Shown in pieces: positions 29,157 through 37,891 of a stretch of DNA of 39,220 nucleotides. Below the pieces are notes generated by a model that had not been told where the DNA came from, ran no database searches, and saw nothing but the letters and a program-made list of their open reading frames with translations. How positions within the stretch are numbered: position 1 is the stretch's first letter; the number at the start of each line of letters is the position of its first letter. The position numbers and the translations under genes are program-made. The DNA lies in assembly GCA_029555085.1 (NCBI GenBank), contig JAKPTO010000001.1, positions 1 to 39,220 of the forward strand, given 5' to 3'. The DNA comes from a bacterium (GTDB taxonomy: Bacteria > Patescibacteriota > Patescibacteriia > UBA1558 > S5-K13).

Positions 29157-30145
29157 AAATAAGATTTCATTAATGTGATTATTTTATTTTTTGCATCCTC
29201 AGCTGATATTATATTTTTATTTCCTGCTTTTGGATTTGGATCCACATCAGGAAAAGGATCTTTAAACGGATCATCTATATTTGGGTCTGGTGTTGGATTT
29301 TCTGGATCATAACCGGGATAATCTGGCACCGGATAGTCGGGAACAATTTCCGGATCACCTTTTTCAACGCCAACCCTTGTTCTTGCTTTTGGATTTGGAT
29401 CAACATCAGGAAATGGATCTCTAAAAGGGTCGTCAGGATCAATATCGGGCCTAGTTTTAGTATCTGGTTCAGTTTCAATTTCTGGTTCTGCTGGTTTTGG
29501 TTTAACCAATACTTCTTGTTCTGTTAATTTTTTTTGTATTAAATCAATTATTTCATTTTTTGATGTAACAAATTTATTTTCAACAATTTTATTAACCCAA
29601 GTTTTGATTTTTTTATTATTTCCATCGACAACAGGTATATTTGTCATTGGTTTAGTCGTTTGTTCAACAGGTTCACCTACCATTTCTTTCTTTTTACTCA
29701 TTTTCTTATCATAATATTTCTGAGCTTTTTCAGGGATGGGCTCACCAATATTTTTAAGTAAATCTATTTCAGATTTAATACATTCATTTTTCTTTATTTT
29801 ACTATCAATTTTAAAATTAATTCTTTTTAAAACTTTTTCTCGTTCACTATCTATTTTTTTCTTAGGAGCACCTTTTAATTCGTTTTCCTTCACTTCACCT
29901 TCATATGTTGCAAATGTTTTTTTCTGTGCTTTTGCTTTGTTAATTGTTGCGGTGTCTGTTTTTGGGATATTAAGAACCGGTGTGTCACCACTTGTAGTAC
30001 CATAAGCCGTTGTGGAAATAGTACCAATTTGTTCAGACAGAATTCTATCAGATAAAGCCTTTAATTGTTTATCGGTTAAATTAACCAATGTTTTTTGTGA
30101 AAACCCTTCATTTATTAGTTTTGTTATTATATCTTGTCTTTTCAT
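29153..30145 (-). CDS. hypothetical Pro/Asp-rich protein with a 17-aa duplicated motif
   Basis: DDPF(R/K)DPFPDVDPNPKA occurs twice. Sites ILSEQ and LTEQ. Confidence 0.75.
   Translation of the reverse strand: MKRQDIITKLINEGFSQKTLVNLTDKQLKALSDRILSEQIGTISTTAYGTTSGDTPVLNIPKTDTATINKAKAQKKTFATYEGEVKENELKGAPKKKIDSEREKVLKRINFKIDSKIKKNECIKSEIDLLKNIGEPIPEKAQKYYDKKMSKKKEMVGEPVEQTTKPMTNIPVVDGNNKKIKTWVNKIVENKFVTSKNEIIDLIQKKLTEQEVLVKPKPAEPEIETEPDTKTRPDIDPDDPFRDPFPDVDPNPKARTRVGVEKGDPEIVPDYPVPDYPGYDPENPTPDPNIDDPFKDPFPDVDPNPKAGNKNIISAEDAKNKIITLMKSYL
29225..29434 (-). repeat. two 51-nt in-frame direct repeats (29225-29275, 29384-29434)
   Basis: They encode DDPFKDPFPDVDPNPKA and DDPFRDPFPDVDPNPKA (16/17 aa identical). 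Confidence 0.85.
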
Positions 30146-30543
30146 GTGAGTTTGTATTTAATTTCATCATTTATTAGTCTAAGTCCTTCAGATTTTAGTT
30201 TTTCAGTTACACTTTCTACTGTTTCACCAAAATGAAATGACAAACGTGGTTTTAGTGTTTCAGATTCAAAATCAAATTTTTCCCAACCTAACGCAATAAT
30301 ACCCTCAACAGCATCAATAACACCAAAATAATCAGAATTCTGAACCAAATCAAGATCTAGATCAGAATTTTTCAATAAACCAACCAAGTCAATATGTTCA
30401 ATTTCTGGCGGTTTTGATCTTCCCGATGATGGTATTACTAACCAATCTTCTTCAATCACATCTTTGTCTTTACCAAAAATAAATTCATATTGTCTCTGAC
30501 CTTTATAATCTTTTCCTAGTTCGTTAATGTATATTAAGTACAT
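30142..30543 (-). CDS. hypothetical protein
   Basis: 133-aa ORF with start and stop overlapping its neighbours. Confidence 0.75.
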   Translation of the reverse strand: MYLIYINELGKDYKGQRQYEFIFGKDKDVIEEDWLVIPSSGRSKPPEIEHIDLVGLLKNSDLDLDLVQNSDYFGVIDAVEGIIALGWEKFDFESETLKPRLSFHFGETVESVTEKLKSEGLRLINDEIKYKLT

Positions 30544-31706
30544 TATTCAAAATATTTTCCAAGAGTTTCTTTAACGCCAGTGGCTATCATGTTATTTAAT
30601 TCATCAAGATCAATCTCTCTAATTTCATCTTCTTCATCTGGCATAGTTTCCATATATTCACTAATATCTTCTTGGTCATCAAATTCTTCTGCATTAGGAT
30701 TTTCAGTGTTACTTGTCAAACCATATTCTTCATCATTAAACTCATCAAAACTTTCATCCTCATCATTAAAATCCTCAGCATCAAAATCACGTTTTGCATA
30801 TGCTTCAGCTTTTTTATCTAAGAAATCTAATTCACCAAAATCATCATCCTCATCATCAAAATAGGTTGTAGTATCAGTATCATAATAATCATCAAATGGA
30901 TTTGAACTAATCAATTCTTCTAATGCTGCCATACCATCACTTTCACCAAGATCATCTTCCGGTGGTGCGACCTCACCCGGTAATTCATCACCAGGTAATG
31001 AATCATTATTTACTTCATCATCAGGATCAATTTTATCAAGAATCTCTTCTTTATCAGCTTCTTCAAGTTTTTTAAGATCTACAGCCGATAATATCATATT
31101 GATAACATATTTAATGTCTTCACTTTTTATTTTATCCTCATAATCTCTTAATCTTTCACCAAGTTTACCTGTTAATTTTTGGATTATTTTTAAATATTCT
31201 TCTTCGGCTTCAGGCGATGGTGACATATCATTATCAACATCATCTTTAGGCATACCTGGAACTTCTTCCCCAGCTGGGGGCATTGTTGTATCATCTGGCG
31301 TCGCCATTGGTGGTGGCGTTTCGCCGGTTGGCATTGGTGCTGGGGCTTCTTCCTGTGGTACAGGTTTAGGTCGTTTTAACACATACTTTGTTGCTTCTTC
31401 AAGTTTTTCTTGTTCGATAAGAAATTCGAGTTTCTTATAGGCCTGGGCATAAGATGAAAATTTATTTTTATTTTTCATAAACAATCCACCAATATAATCT
31501 AAAGATTGTTCATTTAATCCTTTTTTTACATAGTATCCGTCTTTTTCTTTAACAATACCATATACAGCACCATTTTTCGATTCTTTTATTGTCTCAGCAG
31601 GAATACCAGTATTGACTTCCGTTTGATAATATGTGAGTTCAAGAATGCGTTTTAATTTATCGTCACCCGATAATTTCTCACTTCCAAGTGGTTTTAATTC
31701 TCCCAT
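30543..31706 (-). CDS. acidic, Pro-rich hypothetical protein (candidate internal head protein)
   Basis: 387 aa with long D/E tracts and (L/I)xE sites. Confidence 0.75.
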   Translation of the reverse strand: MGELKPLGSEKLSGDDKLKRILELTYYQTEVNTGIPAETIKESKNGAVYGIVKEKDGYYVKKGLNEQSLDYIGGLFMKNKNKFSSYAQAYKKLEFLIEQEKLEEATKYVLKRPKPVPQEEAPAPMPTGETPPPMATPDDTTMPPAGEEVPGMPKDDVDNDMSPSPEAEEEYLKIIQKLTGKLGERLRDYEDKIKSEDIKYVINMILSAVDLKKLEEADKEEILDKIDPDDEVNNDSLPGDELPGEVAPPEDDLGESDGMAALEELISSNPFDDYYDTDTTTYFDDEDDDFGELDFLDKKAEAYAKRDFDAEDFNDEDESFDEFNDEEYGLTSNTENPNAEEFDDQEDISEYMETMPDEEDEIREIDLDELNNMIATGVKETLGKYFE

Positions 31707-31783
31707 TTTAATAAATTTAATTATTTATTATTCATTTAGCAATAAATACAACAATAAGTTGAAAAATATTATATGTAAATCAA

Positions 31784-33067
31784 TTAAATAAAATCTTCAT
31801 CTTCTTCTTCGTATGACTTTGGTAATTTTCCATCATTGTAATAGGATTTAATTCCATTAATTATGAAACTTTCAGGTGTTCCAAAATCATATTCTACATA
31901 AGCATCTTCGTTCATTTCAACATTTATCTTACCATTTTTCTTTCTAATTAACAAACGAATTTTTTCAAACTGCTCTTGTGTTGGTATATGATACATATCA
32001 ATAGTATTTGCTTCTGGTAAAAATCGAATAAATCCCATATCCATAACAACCATCTTGCCATATGAAAACAAATTTCTTTGCCGATCATTTTTATATTTTC
32101 CAATATCGATACCGGATTGATCTACGATATATGATATGTCACGATGATCTATAGTACGAGAACCACCACCTTCAGAAAAATCTAATAAATAACCACTAGG
32201 TGTAATGTATCCAGCGGCATTAAATGAACTAGTTTCACCATAAAAATTTCGTGCTAGTTCTTCTATTTTTAATGTGTCTCGATAAGTAAAACTTTGTGGT
32301 TGATGTGATTCAGTTATAGAAAATTTTTTATCTGTAATTTCTTTTCTAAGATCAATTAATTTTTTGATATATCCGTTTCTTCTGAGTAATTTAAATGTTA
32401 AGTTTTCATACGAATATTCACCACCACCATCAAGTCCACTCTGTCTGAAACGTTTTATTTTTTTTCTAACTTCTTCAATATCACTTCTTATATCTATTCC
32501 CTCTTTACCTTTTTCTATTAAATCATCAATGATTTTTGCATATTCTTCACCTTTTTCTAGTATTTTGCGATCATCAATTGATTTCTTTTCTTTTTGTGGT
32601 TCAATAATCCAATTATAATTTAAAATGGAATAAACACCACTAGCTATGTGTTTTTCTGTAACATCTTGCACATAAACCTCAACTTCGTAATTCTTGATTT
32701 TAATATCATGTAAAGCATTCCACACACCTTTTTTTGCATTGAAGAATTCTTTTAATAAATCGATGTTATGATTTGTATCTTCATAATCAATAATGATATG
32801 TAAATCAACATCAGAAAATTCCGACCAGTTGTAATTGGCTAATGAGCCGGTTAAGACCACATCATGAATAAAAAATTCAACACCAAGAAAATCGATGAAA
32901 TTATCAGATATTTCTAACAATCTTTCTCTAACAGCAGGAATCATTTCATATCTGTTACCTACTTTTTGAAAAATATCTTTTGATAAAGTTTTTTTAGAAT
33001 AAAAAGTTTTTACTATTTTTTCGTTTTTTTCTTTATCTTCTGATAATTCATCAACTAGTGATTTCAT
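31784..33067 (-). CDS. Pol-beta superfamily nucleotidyltransferase fused to an uncharacterised C-terminal domain
   Basis: LTGSLANYNWSEFSDVDLHI (GS...DxD) plus a third acidic strand EVEVYV. Second domain after ITES: GYITPSG...DH...GFIR. Confidence 0.75.
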   Translation of the reverse strand: MKSLVDELSEDKEKNEKIVKTFYSKKTLSKDIFQKVGNRYEMIPAVRERLLEISDNFIDFLGVEFFIHDVVLTGSLANYNWSEFSDVDLHIIIDYEDTNHNIDLLKEFFNAKKGVWNALHDIKIKNYEVEVYVQDVTEKHIASGVYSILNYNWIIEPQKEKKSIDDRKILEKGEEYAKIIDDLIEKGKEGIDIRSDIEEVRKKIKRFRQSGLDGGGEYSYENLTFKLLRRNGYIKKLIDLRKEITDKKFSITESHQPQSFTYRDTLKIEELARNFYGETSSFNAAGYITPSGYLLDFSEGGGSRTIDHRDISYIVDQSGIDIGKYKNDRQRNLFSYGKMVVMDMGFIRFLPEANTIDMYHIPTQEQFEKIRLLIRKKNGKINVEMNEDAYVEYDFGTPESFIINGIKSYYNDGKLPKSYEEEDEDFI

Positions 33068-33309
33068 GTAATTCGTTTGTATTTAAAATTTCTACTTATT
33101 TCTTTACTAAAAAATTTACCATGGGATTTTGCCATTCTAAATTTAGTGAATAAAGCCCAAGGTATCTCATAATATTCATAAATACTTCCATTCTTGAAAG
33201 TAATCGTTAATACCTTAGTAGATGTGTCGTAAGACGCAAATTTTAAATTTGATGATTGAACTTCAACATTAATTGTTGTTCCCGAAATTTGTTCTGAAAT
33301 AATCGGCAT
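33064..33309 (-). CDS. KTSC-domain protein
   Basis: VQSSNL....YD....L.I.FKNGSIYEY..IP.........SHGKFF...I. Start set at MPIISEQ because the longer ORF begins in a terminator. Confidence 0.85.
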   Translation of the reverse strand: MPIISEQISGTTINVEVQSSNLKFASYDTSTKVLTITFKNGSIYEYYEIPWALFTKFRMAKSHGKFFSKEISRNFKYKRIT

Positions 33310-33349
33310 ATCTTTAATTTTTATCATAATATACATAAAATACTTGAAA

Positions 33350-33380
33350 TAAAAAACCCTGACGATAAACATCAGGGTTT
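33350..33380 (-). terminator. intrinsic terminator
   Basis: AAACCCTGA-loop-TCAGGGTTTTTT on the minus strand, after 33400-34179. Confidence 0.75.
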
Positions 33381-33399
33381 AAAAAATTAAATAAAATTC

Positions 33400-34179
33400 T
33401 TACAACATTTTTTTAAAGATATAGCACATTTCTGCAACCATATTGTTAGCCGAATCTGTCTCTGGCATGATTTCATCAAGATATTCAATTAAAAATTCAA
33501 GATCTTTTGATAATTTCATAATGTCATTTTTATCTTCTACAGTATTAAGACGACCCATAATATCTCTAATAAATTTTTTAATTTGGTCCTTTTCACTTAT
33601 TTGTTCGGGTTCAGTTATAACCTCATCATCACCTGGAGTATTTAATGGCTCTGATTTTATGACTGACCATCTTTCAGGATTTGTGATACCTTTAGCACGC
33701 AGGGCAGTTTCTCGTGATTTGGCGATTTCATCTCTTTTTGAGCCAATTTCATTTCCCAAGTCTTTTTTTATCGCAGCTTCTTCTGGATTTGCAATTCTTT
33801 TATGTATGATTTCCAAACATAGTTTTTTAAACTCATTTTTTGGAGTGTTTTTATATTTTTCATATACTTGAGTCTGCATTTCATTGGGTCTATTTAAACC
33901 ACCTCTTCCATCCAAATAATCAAAATTAGACGTTTGTTGATTGAATGAGGCTACGCTACTACCAATAATCTTATGTGCAATGTATAACTTACCTCCCATG
34001 CCAAGATCATCAATACCATATAATGAATTATACATAGCTAGCATTTGGTCGCCTTCATTCCATTCAGACTTCCATTGACCCTTACGGCCATATTCATTTA
34101 TATCAACGTCATCTTCTTTAATTACATTTTTAATAATGCGTTTTAACTCCGATTCCGTAAGTCGTATAAATCTTTTCAT
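33400..34179 (-). CDS. hypothetical protein with leader IRLTESELKRIIKNVIKE
   Basis: 259-aa ORF sharing its leader helix with the next gene. Confidence 0.75.
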   Translation of the reverse strand: MKRFIRLTESELKRIIKNVIKEDDVDINEYGRKGQWKSEWNEGDQMLAMYNSLYGIDDLGMGGKLYIAHKIIGSSVASFNQQTSNFDYLDGRGGLNRPNEMQTQVYEKYKNTPKNEFKKLCLEIIHKRIANPEEAAIKKDLGNEIGSKRDEIAKSRETALRAKGITNPERWSVIKSEPLNTPGDDEVITEPEQISEKDQIKKFIRDIMGRLNTVEDKNDIMKLSKDLEFLIEYLDEIMPETDSANNMVAEMCYIFKKML

Positions 34180-34193
34180 ATGATCAAATTAAT

Positions 34194-34511
34194 TTACTGA
34201 TTATCCGATGGAATTCCTTGATCTTGTTCGGGTTCTGTGGGTTCAACTTCAGGCTCAGGTTCTTCTCCGCCTTCTTCCGACCCAAGAATTTTATCGATTA
34301 ATGTTCCAATTGAAATACCTTGTCCCATTAATTCCTGAGCGGCAGCAACAAATGCGTCAAAATTAGGCTCGCCACCTTCATCTTCAGGCGATCCACTTAT
34401 TTCTTCAGGTGCTGGACCAGTTGTTCCTAATTGTTCTTCCTCCTGCTCTTTTAATACTTTCTTTATAATACTATTGAGCTTCGAATCTGTTAATTTTATC
34501 ACTTTTCTCAT
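34194..34511 (-). CDS. small acidic protein with leader IKLTDSKLNSIIKKVLKEQ
   Basis: 105 aa, Glu/Pro/Gly-rich after the leader. Confidence 0.75.
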   Translation of the reverse strand: MRKVIKLTDSKLNSIIKKVLKEQEEEQLGTTGPAPEEISGSPEDEGGEPNFDAFVAAAQELMGQGISIGTLIDKILGSEEGGEEPEPEVEPTEPEQDQGIPSDNQ

Positions 34512-34523
34512 GTTGTAATTATT

Positions 34524-34691
34524 TTAATTATTATTATTAATTTCTGTATTTGTAATCTTTTTTAAATTTTCAATCAGTTCTTCAATAGTATATCCGCTTT
34601 TCAATAATATAGGAATTGATTTCTCAAATTTTTTTTTCCAATGTTCCGTAACTAATGCAGGAACTTTTGAATCGGTTTCTTTTACATACAT
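34524..34691 (-). CDS. 55-aa hypothetical protein (not in the ORF track)
   Basis: MYVKETDSKVPALVTEHWKKKFEKSIPILLKSGYTIEELIENLKKITNTEINNNN*. TATTTATA lies 7 nt upstream (34699-34706). Confidence 0.6.
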   Translation of the reverse strand: MYVKETDSKVPALVTEHWKKKFEKSIPILLKSGYTIEELIENLKKITNTEINNNN

Positions 34692-34716
34692 AACATAATA
34701 TAAATATATGTATTGT

Positions 34717-34746
34717 AAAAAAAAAACTCCCGATGATCGGGAGTTT
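34717..34746 (-). terminator. intrinsic terminator of the Hsp20 gene
   Basis: AAACTCCCGA-TCA-TCGGGAGTTT plus a long T-run on the minus strand. Confidence 0.85.
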
Positions 34747-34749
34747 AAA

Positions 34750-35163
34750 TTATTCTATTTCTATGTATCTTTCTTTGATTTTTTTCTTATCTTTTGGTAT
34801 CACAATTTCAAGAATACCATTTTCCAGTTTACTTGTAATTTCATTTTCATTACAATCGCTTGGTAATGAATATTCTTTTTTAAAGGAATTTGTAAAATAG
34901 AAAGTTTGATTATCGGTTTCTTTTTTCTCATGTGTGATCGACATAACCGAATCAGTAATAGAAATTTTAACATCATCTTTAGATAGACCTGGAACAGCTA
35001 ACTGTACACGATAGTCGTCATCATTTGTCACAATATTCGACTTTCTGTACGCTCTTTCGATATAACTGGGTCTTTCAAAAAAAACATCCAACCAGTCTGA
35101 TAATGGATCATTCCATAGTTTTTCATCAATTGGGTTCTTCCATAATTTTAATCCGTTTTTCAT
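34750..35163 (-). CDS. Hsp20/alpha-crystallin small heat-shock protein
   Basis: YRVQLAVPGLSKDDVKI...F...YSLP......ITSKLENGILEIVIPK. Confidence 0.92.
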   Translation of the reverse strand: MKNGLKLWKNPIDEKLWNDPLSDWLDVFFERPSYIERAYRKSNIVTNDDDYRVQLAVPGLSKDDVKISITDSVMSITHEKKETDNQTFYFTNSFKKEYSLPSDCNENEITSKLENGILEIVIPKDKKKIKERYIEIE

Positions 35164-35241
35164 TGTTTTATCCTCCTATAATTTTATTTTTAATTTATTT
35201 TTTACCCAAATTATACAAAATATTTACCAAAAGATTAAAAA

Positions 35242-35285
35242 TAACATTTTGTCATTATTTATACATATGAAATGACATTTTGGCA
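35242..35285. promoter_or_regulatory. pair of 13-bp pseudo-palindromic operator-like boxes (TGACAnnnTGTCA type)
   Basis: TAACATTTTGTCA (35242-35254) and TGACATTTTGGCA (35273-35285), 31 bp apart, in the divergent region. Confidence 0.5.
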
Positions 35286-35288
35286 ACA

Positions 35289-35320
35289 TTTGTAAATCTC
35301 AAAAATTTGTATTATATTTG
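35289..35320 (+). promoter_or_regulatory. Bacteroidota-type sigma70 promoter (TTTG-N20-TATATTTG)
   Basis: TTTG at 35289-35292, TATATTTG at 35313-35320, 25 nt before ATG 35346. Confidence 0.65.
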
Positions 35321-35345
35321 TATCATAAACTAAAAACTTAAAACG

Positions 35346-35591
35346 ATGGATAAATTTCTTACTGGTCTGTTAGTCTCTCTTGGAGTAATGAGTATTGTTG
35401 GTATTATTGCAGTGTTGGGAGGAACAATCGTATGGCTTATATGGCCTGTTGCGGTTCCAGCGGCATTTCCTGGATTAGTCGCATCAGGAGTTATTGCCGC
35501 TAAATTAACATGGGGTCAATCCGTATGTTTAACTTGGCTCTTCGGATTACTCATTAAATCAACTCAAACAAATAACAATAAATCAAATTAA
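35346..35591 (+). CDS. small membrane protein
   Basis: 81 aa with 2-3 hydrophobic segments. Confidence 0.7.
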   Translation: MDKFLTGLLVSLGVMSIVGIIAVLGGTIVWLIWPVAVPAAFPGLVASGVIAAKLTWGQSVCLTWLFGLLIKSTQTNNNKSN

Positions 35592-35602
35592 AAATTTTTA
35601 TC

Positions 35603-35868
35603 ATGTTACTTATTGAAATAATTCTAACCATATTCGCTTGGCGTAAAGGTTGGAGATGGCAGCACTGCTTCCAACGGCAATTGCTTTATTAGTTGGATTA
35701 TTTATGGGTTTTGGTATCGGGGCATCTGGCGGTGATATTAATGGCGCTATGGGTATGGGTATAATTTTGGACATACTTGCTGTTATAGCATTAATCATTA
35801 TGATTGTTGTGGGACCAAAATCGAACAATAAAATTGAAGAAACAAAAATTGATAACGAACAAAAATAA
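35603..35868 (+). pseudogene. small membrane protein split by a 1-nt frameshift (or a sequencing error)
   Basis: ATG 35603 reads MLLIEIILTIFAWRKGWRW and stops at 35692. The -1 frame continues AALLPTAIALLVGLFMG... to 35868. Confidence 0.55.
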
Positions 35869-35871
35869 GAT

Positions 35872-37875
35872 ATGCCTGTAGATTTTTATGAAGATCCGAT
35901 AAAAGATAGTCAGAAGAAAAAAACTGGCTCATCAACGCCCATACTTGATAATTTTTCGCGAGATTTAACAAAACTAGCTGAAGAAGGGAAAATTGATCCG
36001 ATAATTGGACGTGAGAAAGAAATTAAAAGAATTTCACAAATTCTATCACGAAAAAAGAAAAACAATGTTGTTATTGTTGGTGATCCCGGTGTGGGTAAAA
36101 CTGCATTAATTGAGAAATTAGCTTTATTAATACATGAGGGTAAATGTTCGTCTAATCTTTTAGATAAAAGAGTTGTTTCCCTAGATTTGACATCACTTGT
36201 TGCAGGAACCAAATATCGTGGACAATTTGAAGAAAGAATCAAAGGAATTCTCAATGAATTACAAAATAATAGAGATGTTATTGTTTTTATTGACGAATTA
36301 CACACATTGGTTGGTGCGGGTAACGCTAGCGGTTCGATGGATGCATCTAACATTTTTAAACCAGCATTGGCTCGTGGTGAATTACAATGTATTGGTTCAA
36401 CCACATTTGATGATTTTAAGAAATATATTGAAAAAGATGGTGCCTTAGTTAGACGATTCCAGAAAATAATATTAAAAGAGCCATCATTAAGTGAAACCAT
36501 AGAAATTCTTAACACACTGAAAACTTCGTATGAAGATTATCACAATGTGGAATACAAAACAAATGTAATTGAAACGATTGTTTCATTATCAGCCAAATAT
36601 ATAACCGATCGCCAATTCCCGGATAAAGCAATAGATATTATGGATGAATTAGGTTCAGAAAAGAGAATATCGGTTAAAATTCCAGAATCTATTGAAAAAT
36701 TAAAAATAGAAATTGATGAAATCAAAGAACAAAAACTTGAAGTTGTTAGAAATCAGAATTATGAAATGGCTGTTAAATTAAGGGATGAGGAACGTATACT
36801 TATTAAAGAATTAGATACAGAAAAAGATAAATGGGTTAAAAATAAACGAAAATATAAAGATCCTATATCGGTTGAAGATGTGTACGACATTGTTAGTAAT
36901 ATGACCGGTGTCCCTATAGCAAAATTGGATGAATCTGAAACGAAAAATCTTTTAACACTTGAAGAACAACTATCGAGTAAAGTTATTGGCCAAGAAGAAG
37001 CTATTTCAACAATTGCAAAAGCAATAAGACGAAATCGTGTCGGTATAAAAGGTGGAAATAAACCAATCGGATCATTTATGTTTTTGGGGTCAACCGGAGT
37101 TGGTAAGACGTATCTTGCAAAAAGTATTGCCGAAATCTTATTTGGTTCACCAGATAAAGTAATACGAATTGATATGAGTGAATATATGGAAAAACATAAT
37201 GTTTCTAGGCTGATAGGTTCACCACCGGGATATGTTGGATATGATGAAGGTGGACAATTAACAGAGAAAGTTAAAAATAATCCATTTTCTGTCATATTAT
37301 TTGATGAAATTGAAAAGGCACACAATGACGTATATAATATATTTCTTCAAATTCTGGATGAGGGTCATTTAACAGACGCTTTCGGTAGGAAAGTAAATTT
37401 CACCAATACATTAATTATTATGACATCCAATATAGGAGCGAGGAAAGTATCGGAATTTGGTAAAGGTTTAGGTTTTGTACAACCAACTGGTGATAAATTA
37501 AATGAACATAAAAGTTCTATTGTTATGAAAGAATTAAAAAAACACTTTAATCCTGAGTTTTTAAATCGTATTGATGGTGCGATTATGTTCAATCCATTAG
37601 GGGAAACTGAAATAAAAAAAATAATTTCTATTGAAATAGATGATTTAATAAAAAGATTAAAAGAAAAACAATATAATATTAAATTTGACGATAGTGTCTT
37701 GACTAGAATTTATGATTTGAATTCTGAAGAAGAATACGGTGCAAGACCGATTAAAAGAATCATTCAAAATCTTTGTGAAGATTTCTTAAGTGATGAAATA
37801 TTGAGAAATAAAATAAAGCCGAATAAATTGGCAACTATTACATGTAATGAGAATGGAGAATTAGTTTTACGTTAA
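35872..37875 (+). CDS. clpC: ClpC-type AAA+ unfoldase lacking the N-terminal Clp-repeat domain
   Basis: TPILDNFSRDLT, GDPGVGKT, FIDELH, UVR-type M-domain (QNYEMAVKLRDEE), GSTGVGKT, LIGSPPGYVGYDEGG, LGF loop and GARP. Confidence 0.9.
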   Translation: MPVDFYEDPIKDSQKKKTGSSTPILDNFSRDLTKLAEEGKIDPIIGREKEIKRISQILSRKKKNNVVIVGDPGVGKTALIEKLALLIHEGKCSSNLLDKRVVSLDLTSLVAGTKYRGQFEERIKGILNELQNNRDVIVFIDELHTLVGAGNASGSMDASNIFKPALARGELQCIGSTTFDDFKKYIEKDGALVRRFQKIILKEPSLSETIEILNTLKTSYEDYHNVEYKTNVIETIVSLSAKYITDRQFPDKAIDIMDELGSEKRISVKIPESIEKLKIEIDEIKEQKLEVVRNQNYEMAVKLRDEERILIKELDTEKDKWVKNKRKYKDPISVEDVYDIVSNMTGVPIAKLDESETKNLLTLEEQLSSKVIGQEEAISTIAKAIRRNRVGIKGGNKPIGSFMFLGSTGVGKTYLAKSIAEILFGSPDKVIRIDMSEYMEKHNVSRLIGSPPGYVGYDEGGQLTEKVKNNPFSVILFDEIEKAHNDVYNIFLQILDEGHLTDAFGRKVNFTNTLIIMTSNIGARKVSEFGKGLGFVQPTGDKLNEHKSSIVMKELKKHFNPEFLNRIDGAIMFNPLGETEIKKIISIEIDDLIKRLKEKQYNIKFDDSVLTRIYDLNSEEEYGARPIKRIIQNLCEDFLSDEILRNKIKPNKLATITCNENGELVLR

Positions 37876-37891
37876 ATAATAATTATATTAT

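Noticed and set aside
33310-33372. ORF-track extension of the KTSC gene
   Set aside because: It begins within the terminator hairpin of the upstream gene.
273-37592. Many short ORFs antisense to or out of frame within long genes (e.g. 273-602, 4647-5081, 20089-20457, 35910-36515, 36759-37325)
   Set aside because: They are shadow ORFs inside well-supported genes, with compositions that mirror the sense codons and no motifs.
35872-37875. ClpB assignment
   Set aside because: The short UVR-type middle domain and LGF loop indicate ClpC type; the long ClpB coiled coil is absent.
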